A stretch of DNA of 64,000 nt, taken from IMG/VR virus record IMGVR_UViG_3300025131_009354, positions 11,611-75,610 of that record. One strand, 5' to 3'. A program made the position numbers and the translations under genes. Under the pieces are notes generated by a model that saw nothing but the letters and a program-made list of their open reading frames with translations, searched no databases and was not told the origin of the DNA. Origin of the DNA: a virus. Shown here in pieces: positions 36,038-45,616 of the stretch (positions are counted from its first letter, which is position 1; each line of letters starts with the position of its first letter).

Positions 36038-36937
36038 ATGAAGAAAAAAACACCTTTTTACGTCAAGTTTCTTACAATATGGTTACTTTGCCTGACAAGT
36101 TGTATGACCGGTTGTGCCACGATTAACTTTAGTCAAGAGAAAGAAGTAGGGTTGTTGCCGATGCACGCGTTTGTACAAATTCAACAATCTGTGGAGCTTG
36201 AAGGTTGTGGGCAAGATCCTGAAACTAAGGAAAGCAAATGCCAAAAAGCAATAATGCGTTATGTCTCTTCCGGTGCGTATGTTTTTCACAGTGAGGTATC
36301 TGAAGGTTTTTCTTACGCCTTAACGGCCGGTCACTCCTGCCAATCCAGTATTCCAAAGGTTCAAAACATCAACGGATATAAGGTGACGAATAATGGCTCA
36401 GTCTTTACGGCTGTAGGTTTAAATGGTTCACGACATGACGCAGAAGTAGTAAGTATTAATTCTCGCTTCGATCTTTGTTTGTTAAGAGTTTCAGATGTAC
36501 TAGGGAACCCTCCTACTCTCAAAATAGCAAAAAAGGTACCTAGGCGAGGAGAGCTTGTTACAAATATGGCTGCACCTCATGGATTATTCTGGCCTGGGAC
36601 AGTGCTACTGTTTAAAGGAATTTTCTCAGGGTATCACAGTAGGGGGTATTCTATTTATACAATCCCCACAAAACCCGGATCTAGCGGGTCTCCAATTTTA
36701 AATGATAAAAATGAACTTATAGGAGTTATTTTTGCTGGCTATTCTATCATCGAGAATGTTGGGCTATCTTCACCGCTTATAGCTATCAGAGTATTTCTTA
36801 AAAAGTCAATAGTTAAAGGGGAAATGGAACTTTTCGAAAAAAGTAGAAAGTCTTCTGGTACAGATAGACAAACTACAATAGAAAGAAGCTGGATGCAAAA
36901 GATGAAAACAAAACTTAGTGAAGTTTTCGGTCAGTAA
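36038..36937 (+). CDS. trypsin-like serine protease, probable lipoprotein
   Basis: catalytic triad TAGHSC, DLCLL, PGSSGSP; signal peptide with Cys. Confidence 0.85.
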   Translation: MKKKTPFYVKFLTIWLLCLTSCMTGCATINFSQEKEVGLLPMHAFVQIQQSVELEGCGQDPETKESKCQKAIMRYVSSGAYVFHSEVSEGFSYALTAGHSCQSSIPKVQNINGYKVTNNGSVFTAVGLNGSRHDAEVVSINSRFDLCLLRVSDVLGNPPTLKIAKKVPRRGELVTNMAAPHGLFWPGTVLLFKGIFSGYHSRGYSIYTIPTKPGSSGSPILNDKNELIGVIFAGYSIIENVGLSSPLIAIRVFLKKSIVKGEMELFEKSRKSSGTDRQTTIERSWMQKMKTKLSEVFGQ

Positions 36938-36952
36938 AATACTTAAGTAACT

Positions 36953-37435
36953 ATGGCTGAACAAAATTTTCAAAATATTCAAAGGGCACTCGACCAAGCT
37001 CCTTCTGTCGTGGGTGCAGGGTCTGCAAGATTTCCCTTATCCGTTAGTCTGAGCGGCTCACCAGTACCCGTTGGGACAAGCGAGACTTTAATTCACACCT
37101 TTCCGGTTAATACTAATGCCATGGAAGAATTATATGTGTATGCCTACAATTATTCCACTTCGGATTACAATTTGTCAATGTCATTTGCTACTGATTCCTC
37201 AGATGCTTTCGTAATAAACAATATTATAACGCCGGTATCGTCTATGACTGGGCTTACTTTATGTTATCCAGGGATCCCCCACAAAAGCACAGACATATCT
37301 AGCCCTTTAAAAGTATTTGTCAAAACCAAAGATAACGCTTCGGCTATAAGTGTCCTCGGTTATGTGATCCGATACTACCCTGTTGATAACGGCGGTAATA
37401 CCCAGGCAACGACCTACGGATATAGTACAGAATGA
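36953..37435 (+). CDS. putative virion structural protein
   Basis: beta-rich; LSGS, TLIHT, EELYVYAYN, ISVLGYV. Confidence 0.55.
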   Translation: MAEQNFQNIQRALDQAPSVVGAGSARFPLSVSLSGSPVPVGTSETLIHTFPVNTNAMEELYVYAYNYSTSDYNLSMSFATDSSDAFVINNIITPVSSMTGLTLCYPGIPHKSTDISSPLKVFVKTKDNASAISVLGYVIRYYPVDNGGNTQATTYGYSTE

Positions 37436-37785
37436 GAGACCCTATCCCGCGGAGAATGCTGGGGCCGATCACAAAAGAGATGGGCGGGGATCAAGTACCA
37501 TCCGGTTCTAGTGGTGGCGGCGGTGGCGGCGTAACAATCACAAACAATATCAACGGCTATATATTAAGGGCTACTGGTGATGCGAATAGGGTAGAGGGTA
37601 TTCCACAACTTCAATATGATTCTAGCCGCGCTACCTTGACTGCCAGCGCTGGTATATACATTTCCGGTTCAAATGACCCAGGAGATAACTATTTATATCT
37701 ACATGGAACTGATAGTACCGGCGCAAAAAAGCAGTTTAAGATTGAGATAAGCGGGTCTATGTTTAAAGTCATATCTCAAGCCTAG
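37432..37785 (+). CDS. putative virion structural protein
   Basis: Gly run, SGS motifs; C-terminus resembles that of 31610-32992. Confidence 0.5.
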   Translation: MRDPIPRRMLGPITKEMGGDQVPSGSSGGGGGGVTITNNINGYILRATGDANRVEGIPQLQYDSSRATLTASAGIYISGSNDPGDNYLYLHGTDSTGAKKQFKIEISGSMFKVISQA

Positions 37786-37794
37786 GAGAAAAAG

Positions 37795-38034
37795 ATGTGG
37801 AATTCTATTACTAAAAGGTTCATTCTTAATGAGGATGTCAAAGTTGATCCACTTGCCTCTGTTCAGGCATTATACGATATAATTACGAATGTTAAAGTGT
37901 CAACTCAGAGGGACAACAAAAGAATACACGTAGCCAAAGAGCATGTAAGAAATATTAAAAGACAACTTCGAAGTCTTAACGAAAAAGTTTCGAAGCTTGA
38001 AGAAGAGCTTAGTCTACTAAACGAGGAAAAATAA
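37795..38034 (+). CDS. small coiled-coil protein with (I/L)xE leader
   Basis: MWNSITKRFILNE; C-terminal heptads. Confidence 0.55.
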   Translation: MWNSITKRFILNEDVKVDPLASVQALYDIITNVKVSTQRDNKRIHVAKEHVRNIKRQLRSLNEKVSKLEEELSLLNEEK

Positions 38035-41000
38035 ATGGGCGGTGTTTATGGTAAGACCGGGCATATGTCTCATTTATATGACAATCCCGATTTAACATTC
38101 CAGGAAATGAAAGAAATTCTACAAGCCGCGGCCAACGCAGACTTAGATGTAGAAGAAAAGCTAGATGGGCAAAATCTATATTTATCTTACTCAATACCAG
38201 AGGGGAAAGCCAAAGCTTCTAGGAACCTTACGCATCTTCGTAACAAGGGTGTTGATGCAATGGGATTAGCTAATAAGTTTGCTGGGCGTGGTACACTGTA
38301 TGATGCCTTTACAAATTCTTTTGATGCTTTCGAAAAAGCAGTAGAAACAATGAGCCCAGAAGCTAGAGAGAAGGTTTTTGGACCAGATACGAACTTTTGG
38401 TATAATGCAGAAGTGATGGATCCGGATAATCCAAATATTATCAACTATGATTCTAAAACACTCAAAATACACGATAAAGGTCATTATCGATTTGACAGGA
38501 AAGCAAAGGACGGAAAAGGGGACAAGATTTTTGAGGATTTCACAGAGAGGTTAGAAATCTTAGATTCGCATCTTGATAGAATACAAAAAGCCCTAGAGAA
38601 TCATGACTTTTCACTTATAAGAGACGCGGCTCTTCAATTAAAAAAGATGTCTGATGATGTTCCCTTGCGTACAGCCATTACTAAAATTAACTCTATTATC
38701 GGTAGAGAGGGACTAAATGATAACGATACTGTAGGTGATTATTTATACAAACGAGTTCACAGTGGGTTAGATACCGATCTCAATGATTTAAAAAAGGAAG
38801 AAATAACAAACTACTTGTTGAAGCTCCCAAGTAATGTGGGACTTAGGGCAATCAAAAAAGGACTATCTCCAGAAGATACGCAAGACCTAAATGCTATTAT
38901 AGCATCAAAATCCAATATACTTCAACAAGCGATTCAGCCAGTTGAAAATGTGATTCATGATTTTACTGTAGAGTTGCTAAAAGGAATGGAAAGCCGGTTT
39001 ATTCTTGATAACGATAAGGAAACCGAAAGACTTCAAAATAACTTAGCAAACGCAGTAAACGCCCTTACGGCAACAGGTTCAGAAGATCCTGCCGCCATAG
39101 AGATAATGCAAAGGCACCTAAACAAGATTAAGGACTTTGTGAATATCTCTACCCCTATTGAGGGAGTTGTTTTTGATTATAACGGGCACACTTACAAATT
39201 CACCGGTAATTTCGCCCCTCTTAACCAGATTTTAGGAATGGTTGACCCTACAAAATATAGCCGCGGCCCACAAAACCCCGAAACAAATAATGAGTCCTTA
39301 ATCTTTTCTAAAAATATTATAAAAGAAGAGGAAGAGAAAATATCTTCTGAACCTAGTAAAGCAGAACGCTTTGTGCTTTCATTGCCAAAATTTACTCCTA
39401 CAGAAGCTTGGGGTGATCCCAATTCTATGGAAAGAGAACAGATTCAAAGAATATTTGATACCGTTGGTGGTGGTGCAACTATTCAAGAAAAATTACAGTT
39501 CTTAAATGATTCTATTAACAATCCCCGAGGAGGAATCAGATCTCCTCGTAGAATTATCAGTACTCTGATTCTTCTGGAATCTATTAGGGCTGTTATTGAA
39601 TCATTTGGTGAATCGCCTGCCGGTTTTGTTTTTGAAGGTTTTATGGCCGGATTACTTCGCGGTAAGCAAGTTGCCGGCAGAACTGAAAAGGGTAATCTCC
39701 CTATTCAAGATTTAATTGCTTTCTCTGAACTTGGTGGTGGTAAAAGTGTACCAGTAAGTCTCAAATTGTTAAAGGGATTAGCTCCCGGAAAAAAAGGTAA
39801 GATAACAGATATTGAAGGAAGTTATACTAATCTCATAGATGCACTAGAAGAATTTGGACTCATGGTTTACATCGTTGGTAGAAAAGATGGTGAACAAATT
39901 GTCCTTGAGAAATTTACTTTTACTAGAGATAATTTTATGGAAGCTCTTATAAGAGGGGCTACAGGCGGATTAGTTAAAGAAGCTTATTTGTTTCAACTCC
40001 CCGGAAAAACAGTTGAACAATCTATTCGTAAACTTAAACGAACAAAAGATTGGGATACAAAATATGAACTCTTGCAAACAACTTATGGTTACGACCCTAA
40101 AGAACGGGCTCGAAAACTAAGCAACAAAGAAAAAGAAGAAGAAATAGCCATAACGGATGAGGTACCTGACGGAGAAGATATAGAAGTAGAAGTGGACTCA
40201 GAAGAGGTAAAGACTCCTGGAAATAGAAAAGATACTTCATATTCTGTAAAAGAATGTCGAAGACTTTGGAATGAAAGGCTGAACGAATCATTATTGGTCG
40301 AATCTTCCCAGCGACAATGGTCTATTAGTCCCGCCCAATTAAGAAGCATTGCTCCTATGGTTGATTATGAAAAATTAGGATCTTTACCTTATAATTCCAA
40401 TAAGATTGTACAAGTCGCTGAACAATATATGAAATACTTGTCTGATAATCTTTTGAATGTCTTTGAGGCTACTAAAGATTTGTCTGAAAATATCACGCAG
40501 TATTTTACTTTCCGAAAAAGAAGCAAAGCTATTTCATCAGGGGAAAAAGCGATTGAAGATTCTAACACGATTAGTGATGAAATGGCTCAACAATTAAGTC
40601 AAGACAAAGGTGTAAAAGAATCATTAAATAATGAGAGATCATATACACAAGGCATTAAGAACTCGGGAGACACCAATGGAAAAAAGATTGCCCTTTTCCC
40701 AGGGAAATTTAAACCACCCCATAGAGGACATTATGAGTTCGCTAAAAAAATGGCTAAAAAACTTGGAAATGAAGGAGAGGTGGTTGTTTTAATTTCTCCA
40801 TCTTCTAAGCCTGAAGTAAACCCTCAACAGTCGTTAGAAATTTGGAATCAATATCTGCAATCCGGTGATGCTCCGGATAATATCCAAGTGGAAATTGCGG
40901 ATTATCGCAGCCCAATCACCTCAGTTTATGAGTTTGTAGCTGATCCTGTCAAAGCGAGAGCCGGTGATACTATTTATTTAATCAAGAGTTCAAAAGATGT

Positions 41001-41397
41001 CGGAGATACAAGGTATAACGGGGCTCAGTCTTATGCTGAAAGAAAAAATCCTGGTGTCAATGTAGAAATAATAGAGGAAGATCCTGTGACTCGTCCTGAT
41101 GGAACCCCTTACAATGGTGAAGATGCTAGAGAAGCTATAGCCATGAATGACGCTGTCCTTTTCAATACTTTTGTACCAAAAGTTATCGATTCAGATGAAA
41201 TATGGAATATTTTTCATCCAAACGAATCATATAACGAGCACGTAGACTTTATGATAGACGAGATCTCGGCGATGGGATCCGGAGCCGTTTCTGGCGGTGG
41301 TTCTGGCTTCGGGCCACCCAATACCTATAACCCCTATACTCCCGGTAGAGTAAAAAAACCTAAAGTTAAGCGGGCAAAACGACAAAGGCGGAAGTAA
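38035..41397 (+). CDS. 1120-aa multidomain protein: ligase-like nucleotidyltransferase + restriction-endonuclease-like domain + HIGH-motif cytidylyltransferase-like domain
   Basis: EKLDGQN (KxDG) with EGVVF/YKFTG; GFVFEGFMA...D...SLKLL; FPGKFKPPHRGH. Confidence 0.7.
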   Translation: MGGVYGKTGHMSHLYDNPDLTFQEMKEILQAAANADLDVEEKLDGQNLYLSYSIPEGKAKASRNLTHLRNKGVDAMGLANKFAGRGTLYDAFTNSFDAFEKAVETMSPEAREKVFGPDTNFWYNAEVMDPDNPNIINYDSKTLKIHDKGHYRFDRKAKDGKGDKIFEDFTERLEILDSHLDRIQKALENHDFSLIRDAALQLKKMSDDVPLRTAITKINSIIGREGLNDNDTVGDYLYKRVHSGLDTDLNDLKKEEITNYLLKLPSNVGLRAIKKGLSPEDTQDLNAIIASKSNILQQAIQPVENVIHDFTVELLKGMESRFILDNDKETERLQNNLANAVNALTATGSEDPAAIEIMQRHLNKIKDFVNISTPIEGVVFDYNGHTYKFTGNFAPLNQILGMVDPTKYSRGPQNPETNNESLIFSKNIIKEEEEKISSEPSKAERFVLSLPKFTPTEAWGDPNSMEREQIQRIFDTVGGGATIQEKLQFLNDSINNPRGGIRSPRRIISTLILLESIRAVIESFGESPAGFVFEGFMAGLLRGKQVAGRTEKGNLPIQDLIAFSELGGGKSVPVSLKLLKGLAPGKKGKITDIEGSYTNLIDALEEFGLMVYIVGRKDGEQIVLEKFTFTRDNFMEALIRGATGGLVKEAYLFQLPGKTVEQSIRKLKRTKDWDTKYELLQTTYGYDPKERARKLSNKEKEEEIAITDEVPDGEDIEVEVDSEEVKTPGNRKDTSYSVKECRRLWNERLNESLLVESSQRQWSISPAQLRSIAPMVDYEKLGSLPYNSNKIVQVAEQYMKYLSDNLLNVFEATKDLSENITQYFTFRKRSKAISSGEKAIEDSNTISDEMAQQLSQDKGVKESLNNERSYTQGIKNSGDTNGKKIALFPGKFKPPHRGHYEFAKKMAKKLGNEGEVVVLISPSSKPEVNPQQSLEIWNQYLQSGDAPDNIQVEIADYRSPITSVYEFVADPVKARAGDTIYLIKSSKDVGDTRYNGAQSYAERKNPGVNVEIIEEDPVTRPDGTPYNGEDAREAIAMNDAVLFNTFVPKVIDSDEIWNIFHPNESYNEHVDFMIDEISAMGSGAVSGGGSGFGPPNTYNPYTPGRVKKPKVKRAKRQRRK

Positions 41398-41407
41398 TTA
41401 TAATACT

Positions 41408-42199
41408 ATGAAAAATATAGATAGACAACAAATGATAGCCGAACAAGTAATTCGCGAACACGTTCGTAAAAGAATTAAAAATAAGATCCTAGAACAAAGA
41501 CAGAATGAAGGTAAGCTTCGAAAAGTAATTCGTCGGATGATACTTGAAACGGAAACAGGCACAGAAGAGCCAAATAGCTTTACTGGAATAAATGTGCTAG
41601 CTGATTTATTAAAAAGCATCGTACCTGTTCTGGGAGATGGTTACAAAATGCTTACTACTTCAGAAGCGCAGAGGCAGTCATTTAGGACTCATATAATCCA
41701 CGCTGTTAAGAATACTTTACGTCCGATTGAAGTTAATAAAGACGCAGAAGACGTCCAAGAACGCTTTGAGTATGAAATTGATGCCGATATCCTTTTAGAA
41801 AAAGTAGCTATGGTTGTTGATGATGAGGCAGCCGAATCCGTCGAAGGTGAGTTCATCGATATCGAGGACTCCGCACCAGTAGAAGATGAGTTTGTAAGAG
41901 TTGACGATCAAAATGAAACAGGTCGCAACTTTGCTGCGGAAACATTTAAAAAAATAGAAAAACAAATAGTAGACGCCTATGACCTATTGGCGGACGATGA
42001 AGACCGTAATATGTTTTATGAGTACCTGCTTACGAATCTTCTCCTCTATTTTGATAAGTTTGAAGATGAGTTGGCCAATGAGCTTCCAGATGTTTCTACC
42101 AAGGAATATGAAGAAGAGAAGCATGACACTGCATCTGCCGGCAGCGAATTCGCACCCGACGCCCCAGCCGGCGAAGCAGATCTCGGCTTAGAACTTTAA
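41408..42199 (+). CDS. acidic putative virion protein with leader motif
   Basis: EQVIREHVRKRI...EGKLRKVIRRMILE; very acidic C-terminus. Confidence 0.6.
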   Translation: MKNIDRQQMIAEQVIREHVRKRIKNKILEQRQNEGKLRKVIRRMILETETGTEEPNSFTGINVLADLLKSIVPVLGDGYKMLTTSEAQRQSFRTHIIHAVKNTLRPIEVNKDAEDVQERFEYEIDADILLEKVAMVVDDEAAESVEGEFIDIEDSAPVEDEFVRVDDQNETGRNFAAETFKKIEKQIVDAYDLLADDEDRNMFYEYLLTNLLLYFDKFEDELANELPDVSTKEYEEEKHDTASAGSEFAPDAPAGEADLGLEL

Positions 42200-42344
42200 A
42201 AATAAAACTTAACACTTTCTCAGGGCTCGTTATAATAGCTGCAAGCTGTTTAACAACTAATCTAAACTATTCTTTACTTCTTACTACTTTATTCTAACTA
42301 TAACAGCTTAAAACTCTGCTAGCATATAAGTAAGAATAAATAAG

Positions 42345-42373
42345 TTGACAACTCTAGCGTATTGCTATATAGT
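42345..42373 (+). promoter_or_regulatory. sigma70-type promoter for tmRNA
   Basis: TTGACA-N17-TATAGT ending 11 nt before the tmRNA 5' end. Confidence 0.75.
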
Positions 42374-42384
42374 ACTATAGTAAT

Positions 42385-42708
42385 GGGGGTAACCGGTATC
42401 GATTGACGGGGAAGTAGAAAAGGTGCAAGGGTGAGGGAAGCGTGGCTCACTAAAAACGCTTAAACTTTTAATCGCAAACGACGATTTTAACATGGAGATG
42501 GCAGCTTAAAAACCTGACCTCTCTTGAGGCGACGGCAGCCGATAAACAGAAAGCCGTATTTGAGAACCTTAAGGCTTTTGATTATCTCAGCCACAATAAG
42601 ATGATCTAGTCAAGCGGGCTGTCCGACGAAAAAAACAGGCCTAACCTTGTGAATGACCTTTCTGTGAAACTGGACAAGACGGGAGTTCGATTCTCCCTAC
42701 CTCCACCA
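42385..42708 (+). ncRNA. ssrA: tmRNA, tag peptide (A)ANDDFNMEMAA
   Basis: GGGGGTA/TACCTCC acceptor with G3:U70, ACCA end, T-arm GGGAGTTCGATTCTCCC, tag ORF 42474-42509. Confidence 0.93.
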
Positions 42709-42733
42709 GCCGCCCTCGGGCGGCTTTTTTTTT
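42709..42733 (+). terminator. intrinsic terminator after tmRNA
   Basis: GCCGCCC-TC-GGGCGGC followed by T9. Confidence 0.85.
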
Positions 42734-42776
42734 GTGGGGAATCTATTTATTATATGCCTTTAAGATTGGTGGTAAA

Positions 42777-44084
42777 TTGACAAAAACTCTTATACTTGAT
42801 ACTAATGTTTATTTAACAGACGCACAGTCTCTTTTTTCTTTTGGCAGAAGTAACGTTGCAGTTCCAACTATTGTACTAGATGAGATTGACCGGCACAAAC
42901 ACCGACAAGATACAGCAGGCTTAAATGCCAGGACAATGAATCGAGTGTTAGATAAGCTTCGCTCAAAAGGAAGTTTATTACATGGCGTTCCACTTGGCAG
43001 CGGAAAAGGTAAAGTCTTTGCCGCACAATATGATCCAAGATATATGCCCGCCGGCATGGATCAAGAAGACTCCGATAACAAAATAATTGCTGTTGCTCTT
43101 CGACTGAGAATAGAGGGCCACGATATCGCCGTGATCTCTCGTGATCTTAATATGCGAGTTAAATGTGACTCGTTCGGGATAGAGTGCTATGATTATCAGC
43201 CTCAACAAGCAGTAAAATCTGTAGAAAACCTATATGACGGCTCTTCGGAGATTGTTGTACCTGATGAGTTGGTGGAGAATTTCTACAACGATATAGAAGT
43301 CTTTCTGCCAGACCAGAAATCAAAATTGTTCCCAAATCACTATTTGGTGCTTAAATCAGAGAAAGATCCAAAGAAGACAGCGCTTTGTCGATTCAAAAAC
43401 TACGAAACACCTCTGCAAAAGATTTATACTTATCGAGACATCTGGGGACTTTCGGCGAAAAACAAAGAACAGAAATACGCCATGGATCTCCTTTTTGATA
43501 AAGACATTCAGATAATATCCTTGACAGGACAGGCAGGAACTGGTAAAACACTTATAGCAGCAGCTTGCGGACTAGAACAGGTCTTACATAATACAAAAGC
43601 TAACGGCGGGTACGATAAATTGATAATCACAAGGCCAGTACAGCCCATGGGTCGAGATATTGGGTTTTTGCCCGGCACTCTAGAGGAGAAGATGTTGCCC
43701 TGGATAGCTCCTATACGTGATAACTTAGAATATCTTTTTGGGGACAAGACGGCACTTCAGATGCACATGGAACAAGGAATTGTAGAGATTGAGGCCATGA
43801 CATATATTCGAGGCAGGTCGATCTCAAACGCCTTTATGATAGTTGACGAGGCACAAAACTTAACAACTCACGAATTAAAGACTATAATAACTAGAGTGGG
43901 GCATGGTACTAAATTAGTCCTGACAGGCGATATTCAACAGATTGATAATTCATATGTTGATGCTGTCTCGAATGGGTTGACTCACGCTGTAGAGAAATTT
44001 AAGGAATATAGCATTTCTGGGCATGTGACGCTATATAAGGGAGAGAGATCAAAATTGGCAACTTTAGCGGCTGAAATCCTGTGA
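42777..44084 (+). CDS. phoH: PIN-domain PhoH-family ATPase (PhoH2/YlaK-like)
   Basis: ILDTNV, LDEID, DNKII, SRDLNMRVK (PIN); GQAGTGKT, IGFLPG, YIRGRS, DEAQN, TGDIQQID. Confidence 0.92.
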   Translation: MTKTLILDTNVYLTDAQSLFSFGRSNVAVPTIVLDEIDRHKHRQDTAGLNARTMNRVLDKLRSKGSLLHGVPLGSGKGKVFAAQYDPRYMPAGMDQEDSDNKIIAVALRLRIEGHDIAVISRDLNMRVKCDSFGIECYDYQPQQAVKSVENLYDGSSEIVVPDELVENFYNDIEVFLPDQKSKLFPNHYLVLKSEKDPKKTALCRFKNYETPLQKIYTYRDIWGLSAKNKEQKYAMDLLFDKDIQIISLTGQAGTGKTLIAAACGLEQVLHNTKANGGYDKLIITRPVQPMGRDIGFLPGTLEEKMLPWIAPIRDNLEYLFGDKTALQMHMEQGIVEIEAMTYIRGRSISNAFMIVDEAQNLTTHELKTIITRVGHGTKLVLTGDIQQIDNSYVDAVSNGLTHAVEKFKEYSISGHVTLYKGERSKLATLAAEIL

Positions 44085-44749
44085 TAACTTATATTACTGA
44101 AAAAGTAGAAAATACTACTCGATATTTTAAATTTGGAAGCATTGAGGTTGAAGAGTTGGAACCTCCACCAGAGAACGTTAGCCTAGATGCAGTATTTAAG
44201 GCTGTCGAGAATCATTTTCCATCACACTATTTCACAGGCTTGAAAAGTGTTAAAATTGGCAATTTTATTGACCTTCGGGACAAGAATTTCACTGCCCTTT
44301 ACGACGATGGAATATTCTATATTAATCACGACCAAGCTGATTCTAAAAGCATTCTAGATGATGTAGTTCATGAGTTTGCTCATCATTTAGAAGCAGTATA
44401 CACAGATTTGATCTATGGAGATAAGTCAATTGTTCGCGAATTCATTGGAAAAAGGACTAGCCTAAAATTTGAACTTCATAGCGAAGGGTACTGGTTGAAG
44501 GATTATAATTTCGATAATCTAAGGTATGACGAAAAATTTGATGAGTTCCTATACAAGCGTCTCGGGAAGTCAATGCTCCGGATGGTCACGACGGGATTAT
44601 TCATAAGACCTTATGCGTCGGTCTCTTTAAGGGAGTATTTTGCTACTGGATTTGAAGCTTACTATTTAGGGAAGCGCGACACCCTAGAAAAAATTAGCCC
44701 AATGCTATATGATAAGATTAATGAACTTCATCATCAGAGAAATTTTTAA
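44081..44749 (+). CDS. zincin-like metallopeptidase domain protein
   Basis: VHEFAHHLE and REYFATGFE. Confidence 0.65.
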   Translation: MITYITEKVENTTRYFKFGSIEVEELEPPPENVSLDAVFKAVENHFPSHYFTGLKSVKIGNFIDLRDKNFTALYDDGIFYINHDQADSKSILDDVVHEFAHHLEAVYTDLIYGDKSIVREFIGKRTSLKFELHSEGYWLKDYNFDNLRYDEKFDEFLYKRLGKSMLRMVTTGLFIRPYASVSLREYFATGFEAYYLGKRDTLEKISPMLYDKINELHHQRNF

Positions 44750-44764
44750 GAAAGCAGGTTACAA

Positions 44765-45604
44765 TTGGCAGGTAAACACATCTCTTATTCTGAGTGGCGG
44801 AACTGGCATGTTTGCCCTCACTACCATAAACTCACTTACATTGATAAAGTAACTCAGTTCCAGGGCAATATTTTTACAGCCTTTGGCAAAGCTCTTCACA
44901 CTGTTTGTGAGTTTACTTTGACTTCCCCCGAAAAGTACAGACAAACCGGCGCTATTGAGGCGCTAGTTAAAGAGCAGTTCTTGAAAGAATTGAAGGCTCT
45001 GCCCGAGAGTGAGCAGCAAAGAGCTAAACGTGATTTCAAACTCAAAGAGTGGCTTGTAAGTGGAATAGAAATCATTCCTGACCTTTACCGTTGCCTGACC
45101 GACAAGTTCGGCAAGCTGGGTGAGGACTGGGAAGTACTCAGGGCAGAAGAGCAACTCTATGTGCCCATCACCGAATTCACGGAAGCAGAAAAAAACTTCA
45201 AAGGCTTTATCGACCTTGTGGTTTATTCCAAAAAGGATGAAAAGGTTCACCTGATTGATTGGAAGACCTGCTCGTGGGGATGGAAGCGTGAAAAGAAGAG
45301 CGACAAAATCCTCGCTTACCAGCTTGTCTTCTATAAGCATTTTTATGTTCAGAAATATGAAGTAGACCCAAAAGATGTGGATTGTCACTTCGTTTTGCTG
45401 AAGCGGACAGCCAAGGCCGGAAAGAAGGCAGAGTTTGTGCGTGTAACGGCAGCTAAAAAAAGAACAACTGACGCCCTTAACGCCTTGACAAAAGCATTGC
45501 ATAATATCAATAAACAGAACTATATTAAGAACCGGGCAGCTTGTACAAATTGTAAAGACCGCTTTGGAACTTGTGAGTTTTACCAAACGGAACATTGTCC
45601 ATAG
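44765..45604 (+). CDS. PD-(D/E)XK exonuclease (AddB/Cas4-like, Cys cluster)
   Basis: HISYS, CP, FGKALH, GFIDLV, IDWKT, QLVFY, C-terminal CxxC...C...C. Confidence 0.85.
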   Translation: MAGKHISYSEWRNWHVCPHYHKLTYIDKVTQFQGNIFTAFGKALHTVCEFTLTSPEKYRQTGAIEALVKEQFLKELKALPESEQQRAKRDFKLKEWLVSGIEIIPDLYRCLTDKFGKLGEDWEVLRAEEQLYVPITEFTEAEKNFKGFIDLVVYSKKDEKVHLIDWKTCSWGWKREKKSDKILAYQLVFYKHFYVQKYEVDPKDVDCHFVLLKRTAKAGKKAEFVRVTAAKKRTTDALNALTKALHNINKQNYIKNRAACTNCKDRFGTCEFYQTEHCP

Positions 45605-45616
45605 GAGGATATTCTT

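Noticed and set aside
42732-42776. N-terminal extension of PhoH from the ORF track
   Set aside because: It overlaps the tmRNA terminator; the PIN domain starts right after TTG 42777.
44765-45604. CRISPR-Cas system (Cas4-like gene)
   Set aside because: No repeat-spacer array or other cas genes seen; stand-alone PD-(D/E)XK exonucleases are ordinary in phages.
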